Source: Candidatus Hydrogenedentota bacterium (GTDB taxonomy: Bacteria; Hydrogenedentota; Hydrogenedentia; Hydrogenedentales; SLHB01). From it: a stretch of DNA of 64,000 nucleotides. The notes under the pieces are model-generated. The model had not been told where the DNA came from and did no database searches. It saw only the letters and a program-made list of their open reading frames with translations. A program made the translations under genes and the position numbers. Of this stretch, positions 19,824 to 29,112 are shown in pieces (positions within the stretch are counted from its first letter, which is position 1; every line of letters starts with the position of its first letter). The DNA lies in the NCBI GenBank assembly GCA_963668025.2, contig CAXXTH010000018.1, forward strand, positions 160,001 through 224,000, written 5' to 3'.

Positions 19824-22800
19824 ATGCATGCCGATTCGATGGGAACACGCCAAACGAAATGGCTGGCGTGGCAACACAACTCAATTGCAGCCTGCACTGG
19901 GTTAGTATTTTTCGTGATGCTTGGACTAGCGGCGTGGAGCGGCACAGCCACGGCTGCCAGTTACCCTGGGATCATCGAGTCCTACGAGCAACTGCAGAAA
20001 AACCTGTCTGGCGTCTCGGAAGACTACATTTCCGCTGACATAAACAAACAGCTCCAGTCTATGCTTGCATCGTCTCAAGGAGCCTTCGAGAAAGGGGATT
20101 ACTGCAGCGCCATTGGTTATCTCGAAGAATTCAAACAATTGCTTCAAGAGATTCGGGGAAGAAGCAATTCGGAAGTGGTGGACCAGCTCTACAATGAAGC
20201 CAGCCGGCTGCGGTATGACATCCGGGTGCAAACGGGCGTGCAATGCGACGATAATGCCCGAACCGGCCAGCCCGCCGCCATGGACTTCGATGCGCGAGCA
20301 TCTGGCAATAGCGGCCTTCAAGGGATAGTCTATTTTAGCGAGCCCCTGCTTCAGACTATCGAAATGGAAGGCAATGTATACACCGCACTGCATATTCCCG
20401 GAACCGATTCCGCCACGGGCAATCCAGGATATCCCCACATCCCCATCTACCGGCGCTTATTCGCCGTTCCCCATGGCGCTCAAGTCTTTTTGCGCTATTC
20501 TGTTAAAAACGGCGAGTTGCTGAATACTTTGTTGTTTCCAAGCCAGTTGCTCCCTGTGGATGGATATCCTCCTGATCCGCCGGATCCCAACAATATTTTC
20601 GCCGACATGCCTTTCGAATTGAACAAAGAAGCGTATCAAAGCGATAGCCCCTATCCTGAGGCCCCTGCTCAATTGATAGATCTCGGCCAAGTCCGTGACT
20701 TAAGAGTTTTTATGCTTGAAGTAGCCACGGGACAATACAACCCGAGCGCGCAAGAGCTTCAATTATTTGACTCGGTGGAAGTGGATGCCGCATTCGAGGG
20801 CGGCGATGGCAATTTCGCCACAAAAGCATCCACCCATGGCTTCGACCCACTTTCGGAAACGATAACGGCAAGCTTAGTGAATGGAAGCTTAGTGAGCCGG
20901 TATATAGGTGAATGGGAAATAAAGCCAATTTATATGGGTGAAGAATTGCTAATCCTCACCCACCCGGATTTTCTCGCCGCCGCGAACACCCTTGCCGACT
21001 GGAAACGCACTAAAGGTTTCGTGACCTCCGTTGTCGAGGTGAATGATGGCGCGGGGCCTGGTCCGGACACCAATACAGCCATTGACGCCTTGATCGAGGA
21101 TCATTATGCAAACAATCGGATACGGCCTTCGTATGTGCTGCTCATGGGCGACACGCCGTTTATCCCTACTTTCTATTTCACCAGTGTCGCGGGAACACCC
21201 GCATGGGCGCTGGGAAGCTCGACCATCGGCTCCGATTGGCCATATTCCCTGTACCCGGATTACGAGTTCGACTATCTGCCGGATATGGCGGTCGGACGTA
21301 TTTCCGTGGACACGCTGGACGAAGCAAACACGGTTGTAGATAAAATCATCAACTATGAAAAGAATCCGCCCGACAAATATTCGTTTTATTACAACGCCGC
21401 TCTGGCGGCTCAATTCGAATGCTGCCGGGAAGGCGCGCCGCTGCCTGGAACTGCCGCGCGCACCTTCACGGAAGTGGCTGAATTCACCCGCGCGGCCATC
21501 GCAGGTTATGGCAAAACCGGTGAACGCATCTATCAGCGGACAGGCTCGCAAACGCCTGCCTACTACTTTGATGGCACACCTCTTCCAGCCGATATCGGCC
21601 CCGGCAGCGGATTCGCATGGAATGGCTCCACTGCGAATATCACTAACGCCTGGAATGACGGGCGTTTCCTCGTCATTCACCGGGATCACGGATGGTCTGG
21701 CGGCTGGTCGCATCCCCCATACGAGTCGGCTAATGTCGACGCCCTCACCAATGGCAGCCTTCTCCCTGTGCTTTTCAGCGTCAATTGCGCAAGCGGCTGG
21801 TTCGACGCGGAAACAGCCGCAGGCGGTCCTTTGGGATTCGAGTCGCTATGCGAACGTGCGCTGCGCAAAGCAGACGGCGGCGCGGTGGGCGTGCTCGGTG
21901 ATTCACGCAACAGCCCAAGCTGGCCCAACACCGCGTTGCTCAAGGGATTCATCGACGCCATATGGCCGAATGCCTTGCCCGCATATGGCGGCTCTACGCG
22001 TACACGGCGGTTGGGCGATATCCTTAACTATGGGAAATACTACATGATGACTCAAGTAGGAGTCGCTGGCTCAGGAGTAGCCTATGGCGACGCCTTCGAT
22101 GAAATCATGATGTGGCATGTCATCGGAGATCCCACACTCGAGATGTGGACCCATTACCCGTATCTCCTCACCTTGCCCAGAGAGTTCATCATCGGCCTGC
22201 TCGAAAACCAACTGCGCGTGGTGTATAAGTGTGAAGGTGCATGCATCACCGTGTTCCAAAATTCCGGTAAAGCAAGTGAAAAGACGCCGATAGCCCGTGG
22301 AGTGATCAAGGGTGGTGAGGCGTTGATGCCTTTCCTAGATGCCGCACCCGATCCGAGCGGGATATTCTACCTTGCCATTACGGATCCCATGGCCCCGCCC
22401 ATCGAACTCGCCGGTGCCGCCAGTGGTGACGCCGACGGCGATGGCATTCCGGATTCCGTGGAGGGAGTCGGCGATCCCGATGAGGATGGCATCCCGAATA
22501 TGGAAGATACCGACTCCGACGGCGACGGCATTCCAGACGCCACCGAAGGCGCTGGCGATTGGGATGGCGATAACACGCCGGATTATCTCGATATCGACAC
22601 GGATAATGACGGCATCGGCGACACCCTCGAGGGTACGGGAGATCCCGACCAAGACGGCACACCCAATTACCGGGATAACGACTCCGATGGCGACGGCAAA
22701 TGGGACCGCGGAGAAGGCGTCGGAGATATCGATAATGACCAAATCATGAATTTCCTGGATGAGGATTCGGATGGCGACGCCATACCGGATGAAGTCGATG

Positions 22801-22892
22801 AAACCACCCCTGGCGTTCCACTGGTGATTTGGCCAATTGCTGCGTGCATGCTGTTACTGGTTATAGTCTCATGGAGAAAACGCGCACACTAG
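19824..22892 (+). CDS. C25 (gingipain-like) cysteine peptidase with propeptide, DxDxDG repeats and C-terminal TM anchor
   Basis: Propeptide GYPHIP, LADWKRTKG, YVLLMGD, PDMAVGRIS, catalytic HRDHG and FSVNC, IGDPTL; about 8 DxDGDG repeats, then VP + TM + RKR. Probable start ATG 19824 after ggagga. Confidence 0.88.
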   Translation: MHADSMGTRQTKWLAWQHNSIAACTGLVFFVMLGLAAWSGTATAASYPGIIESYEQLQKNLSGVSEDYISADINKQLQSMLASSQGAFEKGDYCSAIGYLEEFKQLLQEIRGRSNSEVVDQLYNEASRLRYDIRVQTGVQCDDNARTGQPAAMDFDARASGNSGLQGIVYFSEPLLQTIEMEGNVYTALHIPGTDSATGNPGYPHIPIYRRLFAVPHGAQVFLRYSVKNGELLNTLLFPSQLLPVDGYPPDPPDPNNIFADMPFELNKEAYQSDSPYPEAPAQLIDLGQVRDLRVFMLEVATGQYNPSAQELQLFDSVEVDAAFEGGDGNFATKASTHGFDPLSETITASLVNGSLVSRYIGEWEIKPIYMGEELLILTHPDFLAAANTLADWKRTKGFVTSVVEVNDGAGPGPDTNTAIDALIEDHYANNRIRPSYVLLMGDTPFIPTFYFTSVAGTPAWALGSSTIGSDWPYSLYPDYEFDYLPDMAVGRISVDTLDEANTVVDKIINYEKNPPDKYSFYYNAALAAQFECCREGAPLPGTAARTFTEVAEFTRAAIAGYGKTGERIYQRTGSQTPAYYFDGTPLPADIGPGSGFAWNGSTANITNAWNDGRFLVIHRDHGWSGGWSHPPYESANVDALTNGSLLPVLFSVNCASGWFDAETAAGGPLGFESLCERALRKADGGAVGVLGDSRNSPSWPNTALLKGFIDAIWPNALPAYGGSTRTRRLGDILNYGKYYMMTQVGVAGSGVAYGDAFDEIMMWHVIGDPTLEMWTHYPYLLTLPREFIIGLLENQLRVVYKCEGACITVFQNSGKASEKTPIARGVIKGGEALMPFLDAAPDPSGIFYLAITDPMAPPIELAGAASGDADGDGIPDSVEGVGDPDEDGIPNMEDTDSDGDGIPDATEGAGDWDGDNTPDYLDIDTDNDGIGDTLEGTGDPDQDGTPNYRDNDSDGDGKWDRGEGVGDIDNDQIMNFLDEDSDGDAIPDEVDETTPGVPLVIWPIAACMLLLVIVSWRKRAH

Positions 22893-22920
22893 TTTGGCTT
22901 TAACGCATATGTAGGATATC

Positions 22921-22965
22921 CGTCGTGATCGTTGTGTTGAACTTCAAAACACAACGATCATGACG
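22921..22965. terminator. Long stem-loop between convergent genes (probable bidirectional terminator)
   Basis: cgtcgtgatcgttgtgtt and aacacaacgatcatgacg form an 18-bp stem with one G-T pair. Confidence 0.6.
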
Positions 22966-23013
22966 GGTACAATAAAAACTGGATTTTGCCTCAGCAAGAC
23001 TTGCCATCTTAAA

Positions 23014-26000
23014 CTAGCCATTTGGCCAGTTCCACGTATCGCTCTTGACCGTCTCGTAGTTTTTATCGAGTTCAGGCTGCAACAAGAGCAGGGCGGCGAT
23101 GCGGCGGATCATCTCCGTCACATACTCCGCTTCCTCCATGGTCAAGCCGCGCCCTAATACCGCCTTTTCACGGTAGCTCAGCCATTTCTTGATCACTTGA
23201 TACCCGCCGATGGTGTAGTCCCACACCGCTTGCGGCACATTAGACCAATAGGCCACGTCATTCAAATAAATATCGAGCCCCGGAGTATCTCCATCATTCC
23301 GCGCCACCGCCTTCCCGCGCCCCGGCATGCATACCCCACCCTGCCCCGCATGCCCCCCATCCGGCAGTCAGGTCCAGATGGCCTTGAGCCGGATCAAGCG
23401 CGGACGCAGGACCGAAGTCCTGATATGTGTAATCAGTAGTTGGTGTGGGACCGACGCCCGGTGTGGGACCGACGCCCTCGTCGGTCATTCTGGCTTTTCC
23501 TCTTCGAGTCCTATGCTCTCCCATTCCTTTCGGAGAGACCGGCGAGGGCGCCGGTCCCACACAGAGCTCCTGATTCACACATTGTACCCGGCGAATGACG
23601 CCCAGCGCCCGCAATTCGGGCCGAATGGCGCCCTACCGTCACCCCCTCGACAGGCTTTTCGGTTATCGAGCAGCGCCGCTACGCGCTTCCCCAACGCGGC
23701 GGAATCCAGCAGCGCCTGCTTCGATGCGGGCAACGGAATCCGTGGCCAATCCTGGCGCAAAGTGAATTGATTGTTCTCGATGTACTTATGTGAAAAGAAC
23801 AGGGCTATTGTATGATTCAGTAAATCGATGGGCTTAATATTGAATTCGCTTAGGTAATGTCTAGCACTATCTGTCAGATTTGGTGATATGGGTTCATTGT
23901 TTGTTTCAAATAAGTCATCTGATTGAGCATTTTGACGTAATTGCAGTGGAAACAGGTTTGTACCTCGTTCGTATAAATGCATGGAACCTATCTTGGTGAT
24001 AATTGATGGCGGATCAAACTTACGCCGATGGTGTCTTGCAGCAGCAATAGCGATATTTCCTTCAAACACATGAGGAAAATACTCGCTTCGTTTCTCATCA
24101 AGCATTTTTGTTTCAGGTTCCCAATAGAGCCAGCGCACATCAAAAGGCCGATAGGCATATCGTATAATCTCGCCTTTCGTTTGCCCACGCCGCATCAGGT
24201 AATTACGAATGTTATATGCTGCATATCTTCCGCGTTCTTCCATAACGATAGGCCAACGCTGAGCGATTTCTTCATGAGAAATAGTTGGATTGAAGTAAGT
24301 GGCGATGCGTTGCTCCAACGCTTCGCGGTCGATATCTACCAAAAACTCGTCCCGGCTCGTATTTACTCCGGGAAACGAAACCGGGAACAACTCGGGAAGT
24401 TGCGGCCAAGATAGATACTCTTCAGCGACTTGGGCAGGTTTGAGAGGATAACCGATCTGAACATTGGGCATCAGTTTGTTGTAATTTTCGTTTATATTCT
24501 TCAAAGAAGCACTTTCGCGCAGATTCTTTCTGCGTTCTGATGCTCTGGCTGCCTCAAAATCTCTGTAATAAACTCTCGCCTGTTTCGGTACTTTGTGCGC
24601 TGAACAGGTTAATAACAGATTGATTGCTGTTCCAATTTTGATACCTGTAGCCTGTCCGCCCATCGCAAATACAGTTTCACTTGTTCGTCCATCAGGGGCA
24701 TATTCTGAAATCTTTCGGTCGCCATGTAGATTATCAATCCATATCTTGTCAAACACTTCCAGATACCGTTCCCGCATGCCTGTGTGGGAAAGACCTTCTA
24801 GCCATGAGTAATTTGAGATGAAGCAGATCACCCCTTTGCCGGATTTCTCCACAATGCGGCGCTCGGCCATGCGAAAGAAACGCACATATAAGTCGTTCAG
24901 GCCTTGCCCTTCGGGCTTGGGAGCGCGTTTTGTGGTGCGGTAAGCCGTCACTAGGTCGCGCTCTTCTTCCATTGCCATTCCCGCAAAACCGTTATATGGC
25001 GGATTGCCGAGAATAACGAGGATCGGCGCTTCCTGCTTGACCCGGTTGGCGGCGTCCCGCTCCTCCATCAATTCTGGAAACAGCGGAAGTTGATTCTTCG
25101 GTTCTTTTGGCGGCTCCCAGCCCGTCAGCGCGTTGGTGAGGTAGACACCGGCGCGCTGGTCGCTGTCATGATCGAGCGGCGCGCCCAGCAATCGGAGCAT
25201 CAACCCGAGTTGGAGATGGGAGACGACGAAGGGAGCGGGCAGGATCTCGAAACCGAAGACGCGGCTCGTGGCGGCTTTCTTGAGTTTCTGCGCGGTAAGG
25301 GCGCTGCCGCCTTTCTCTTCGAGCGTCGCATGGATGCGCCGGAGCGTCTCGACCAGATAGGCCCCCGTGCCGCAGCAGGGATCGAGTATGACGACGTGTT
25401 CATCGGCCAGGCCATCGGCGATGCCGAGTTCTTCCCGCAGCACACGGTCCACGCGTTCGACTTGGTATCGCACGATCTCGGGCGGGGTGTACCACACGCC
25501 AAGGTCTTTACGCAATTCGGGATCATAGGCCTTCAGGAATGGTTCATAGAAATACTGCACCGCGTGCTCTTCCTCGAACTTCTGGAAGAATGCGGCCCGG
25601 TCGACTCGGTTGAGCGCGGCCCCTGTCCAATCAAGGACTTCGGCTATGCCAAGGGGCTTTAGTTTCTGCGGTGTGGCGATTTGATCGAACAGGCTGGCCA
25701 CCATCGGAACGTGCAGCGTCCAGGCGGCATTACGCCAATCAAAGCGAGCGGCGGGCTGCCCTATATTGTCGCGGTGCCAAAGCACCCAGGACGAGAAAAC
25801 GCCATAAAACAAGGTTTGCACCAGCGTGGAGCGGAAGAAATGCTCGCCTTTATCGCCTTCAAACTTCATGCCCAGGGCTTCTTCAAGCCCTTTTTTGAGT
25901 CCATCGAGTGCGGGCAGATCAGCAGCGGCCTCGACACGGAAGCGGGCCTCCCGCGCATAGGAGGCAAGAAACCAGGCCAATTCTTCCGGATCGGCCAATG

Positions 26001-26541
26001 CGGCCTCGTAAAGCAAGACGCGGCGCAAGAATTCGAGCAGGCGCTCGCCTTGCTCGATAGCGGCCCTGCGCGGGTGCGCCAGCAGCGCGCGGAAGGAGGC
26101 GGCGGATTCAGCCATGCGGTAGATTTCGAGGCGGACAGGGTTCCCTATTTCATCGCGGCCAACGAGCACGAAATCACGGTAGTTGGTGACTAATACCAGG
26201 CGGTAATGCTTCCAGTATTTCGACACCTGCCCGGACTCCGCCGTGACAAAGGAGTCATCATCCCAGCCCTTGACCTCGACGACGCCCCGTTCCGGCTTCG
26301 CGCCCGCGATAGGGTGTTCATCTCTGGTGTTTTGAAACTGGCTGGCGCTGTATAGGCCGAAATCAGGAGATCCCGCGCCCGTATTGGCGAGTTGTGAAAC
26401 GGCCCGCACCCTGGGTTTCAACTTGGAGCCTACTTCGTTTAGTAAAACTTCCAAAGCGGCATAGTACGACGTTTCTACCCTGGCGCCGCCTGTGCTGTGA
26501 ATCTCGGAGAGCGTGTCTATATAATGTTCTACGGGATGCAT
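23014..26541 (-). CDS. Type ISP/IIG-like restriction-modification enzyme (nuclease + N6-adenine MTase + specificity domain), frameshifted near the 3' end
   Basis: PD..EVK nuclease-like N-terminus, GVWYTP, ILDPCCGTG, LGNPPY, LNDLYVRFFR, YAYRPFD, DWPRIPLP. The C-terminal WDYTIGGYQVIKKWLSYRE lies in ORF 23014-23328. Three +1 shifts at ~23663, ~23632 and ~23355. Confidence 0.85.
23425..23582. repeat. REP/MITE-like palindromic element inside the RM coding region
   Basis: Outer inverted repeat atgtgtaatcag / ctgattcacacat. Inner 26-bp arms gtgtgggaccgacgccctcgtcggtc (23461-23486) and gaccggcgagggcgccggtcccacac (23537-23562). 18-bp tandem duplication at 23442-23477. Confidence 0.8.
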
Positions 26542-26674
26542 GCTTACTCCTGTTTGCTGTTCGTAGATTCAGATAAATCATATATGAAACACACAAACAA
26601 AGCATACAGGATTTTTACAGAATTCCAAATTCACACGTTCTATAGCGAATGCTCAGATGTAATAGACGTCCACA

Positions 26675-29080
26675 TTACTCTTTCGGCGCAAGCAGCCGAA
26701 GCGGGAACCTGCACATGGCGATATCTTCTTTGGCCACGGAATAGAACACCACCACGGTATCGTCCACGACGGCCATGTAGGGGTACCCGTACCGGCCCCC
26801 TTTGAATAAACCCGATACGCGCTGTGGATGATCAGGAGCGTTCCCCACGATGAAATGGCGGTCAAACACATATCCATCCTTGCTGAGCGCGATGACCAGC
26901 GGCGTCCGAGTCCACATATTCTTGGGATCGGGCGTGCTCAAGGCAAAATAACGCCCATCCGGCAGGCGGCCAAATTGATGGCGGCTGCCATTATCGGAAA
27001 ACTGGGTCTGTTGGACTTCCGACCACGTCTCACCCTGGTCGAAACTTTTCGTTACGGCAAGGTGATCTTGATTGGTCCGCAGCATCATGTGAATGGTTCC
27101 ATCGGGCAACTGATACATCGAGCCTTCACAATATCCGAAACGCCCGGGATTGGTCTCTTTCATCAAGGCGAATCCAGCGGAATCATCCACATGCCCCGGC
27201 GGCAGCCCCGGCAATCCGCGCACCTGCCATCCGCCCAGGCCCGTGGGATCATCGGTATAGGGAAACATGCTGCCACAAGGAAAGACCAGCCTTCCCGAGA
27301 GAAGCTTCTGCGGGCTGATATTGGCGATGGCGTTCTCGAACATCACCGCAGGCTCGCTCCAGGTTTCCCCGCCATCACGCGAGAAAATGGCCATGCAGCG
27401 CGTGTTCATATGGGCGGCGTCTTTGGGTTTGCGCTGGCCATTCTCTTCCAAGCCTTCTTTGGAATATTCATATTGGCCGTAATAGGCGGCCAGCACCGCC
27501 TGGCCTGTATCAGGCTCGCGGTACGCATGCAAGCCCGTTGCTGTGCAGACGCAAGGGGCAAATTGTCCCATGGGCGGCTTGACGATGCAGCGCGGCTGGT
27601 CCCAAGTTAAGCCTGTATCCGTCGAGCGTGTAAACCATACCTCCTGCCCGATATCATCTTCATTCGCATATCCGCTTGAAAACGTGGCATAAAGCTGCCC
27701 ATCGAAAGCGAGGACATGCGAATGGTGGTGATACGAGCGGCCCTCCACCGCTTGCTGAATGATTACCTCATTCGTATGAAGATCCATTTTTTCCGTGGCA
27801 TCCCATTGATTCGTAATGGGCTGCGCCGCACGTACGTTATCCGTAGCCACTGGCTGCACCTCCACTTCCGCGCTTGCATCTCCAGATAGACAAGAGAGCG
27901 GAATAATAGACAACTCGCAGTCTTCTTTGTTCACCGAATACACGACATAGAGTTTGCCTTCGTACTCGAAAGCATTCGGATAAGACCACGAGCCGCCTTT
28001 GTATTTTCCGGGGAAACGCATAGCAGGAGCCGAGCCATACCGGATGCGGTATAAGTTTGAGAAGGCCGCCGCGCCGGGCTTGGACACGGCTATAACGATA
28101 GAATCGCGCTGCTTGGACCAGTCTTCAGCCGCCGCCGCATCGTCACTCCAATCGTAGATGAGATAATGCTGCCCCGTGCTTAGTGTGCCCGACAGTGGCT
28201 TCGATGGAGCCATGGGCAGATTGGACGGCCCGACAGAGGACCAGGTCTTTCCAAGATCGCGGCTCACGGAAACCAGCGCCACTTCCGGCGTAGGCGGGCG
28301 AATAATCGCCACAAGGTCATTTCCATTCACAAGCACCGTGGTTTCCGCATACAACACGCTCAACGGCGGCTCGACCAGCAGCTTCACCGTGTCCCATGCG
28401 CCCGCCGGGTCTTCGGCCTGGCTGATGGCCACCACCGGCTGCGAATGATCATCCACGCCGCCTTGCACCCATTTGCCGTTGGCCATTCGTTTGGGCGTTT
28501 CCAGGGGCCAAAAATCATCGATCCACTTCCCTTTCGACGCCCAATCCTTTGTTTCCGGCCGCCATACAAACAGCTCCGACGATAGCCCTACGAAACCACC
28601 CTCGATAGGCTCACCCAAACCGAAACGGCAGACAGGGGCATACAGCGCATCCTGCCAGACAAAGAATGCGCCATGGCTATGGCGCTCCTCGCCAGGAAAA
28701 CCAGGGGCAATGATCTCCACGGGTCCCCAAGTCATGCCGCCATCCATCGAGCGCCGCCCTTGGCAGGTCTCGCTCTCACTGTTTTCATCCACCAAACTAT
28801 TGGCCCAAGAGGAGAAGAACTCGCCATGAAACGCATATATGGCGGGCCCATGTAAAAAAGTGTAGCCGCCTTTTTGCGCTCGATGCACCGTGACATGGGT
28901 AATCATGCGAGGAAATGGCGCGGCATTCGCGGAAGGCGCAGGAGCAGAGCTATCCCATAATGGGTAGGCTTCCGGCGCAGTATTCCCCCCCTTTGATTCA
29001 TTTTGCGCCGCCGCACAGGCGCACGCCCCCAGAAACAACGAAAATACTGCCAGCTTGTACATGATACGTTGCCTCCCCAT
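26675..29080 (-). CDS. Secreted sialidase-like (BNR/Asp-box) protein with two tandem beta-propellers
   Basis: Asp boxes SMDGGMTW, SRDLGKTW, STDTGLTW, SRDGGETW, SFDQGETW; two copies of the terminal YP...V.YS..KED motif. Confidence 0.8.
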   Translation of the reverse strand: MGRQRIMYKLAVFSLFLGACACAAAQNESKGGNTAPEAYPLWDSSAPAPSANAAPFPRMITHVTVHRAQKGGYTFLHGPAIYAFHGEFFSSWANSLVDENSESETCQGRRSMDGGMTWGPVEIIAPGFPGEERHSHGAFFVWQDALYAPVCRFGLGEPIEGGFVGLSSELFVWRPETKDWASKGKWIDDFWPLETPKRMANGKWVQGGVDDHSQPVVAISQAEDPAGAWDTVKLLVEPPLSVLYAETTVLVNGNDLVAIIRPPTPEVALVSVSRDLGKTWSSVGPSNLPMAPSKPLSGTLSTGQHYLIYDWSDDAAAAEDWSKQRDSIVIAVSKPGAAAFSNLYRIRYGSAPAMRFPGKYKGGSWSYPNAFEYEGKLYVVYSVNKEDCELSIIPLSCLSGDASAEVEVQPVATDNVRAAQPITNQWDATEKMDLHTNEVIIQQAVEGRSYHHHSHVLAFDGQLYATFSSGYANEDDIGQEVWFTRSTDTGLTWDQPRCIVKPPMGQFAPCVCTATGLHAYREPDTGQAVLAAYYGQYEYSKEGLEENGQRKPKDAAHMNTRCMAIFSRDGGETWSEPAVMFENAIANISPQKLLSGRLVFPCGSMFPYTDDPTGLGGWQVRGLPGLPPGHVDDSAGFALMKETNPGRFGYCEGSMYQLPDGTIHMMLRTNQDHLAVTKSFDQGETWSEVQQTQFSDNGSRHQFGRLPDGRYFALSTPDPKNMWTRTPLVIALSKDGYVFDRHFIVGNAPDHPQRVSGLFKGGRYGYPYMAVVDDTVVVFYSVAKEDIAMCRFPLRLLAPKE

Positions 29081-29112
29081 GAAACGTTAACGCGCTCAAT
29101 AGAGCGGTCGCG

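Noticed and set aside
22420-22800. DNA tandem repeat or contingency locus in the C25 gene
   Set aside because: The periodicity is at the protein level (DxDGDG calcium-binding repeats) with diverged codons.
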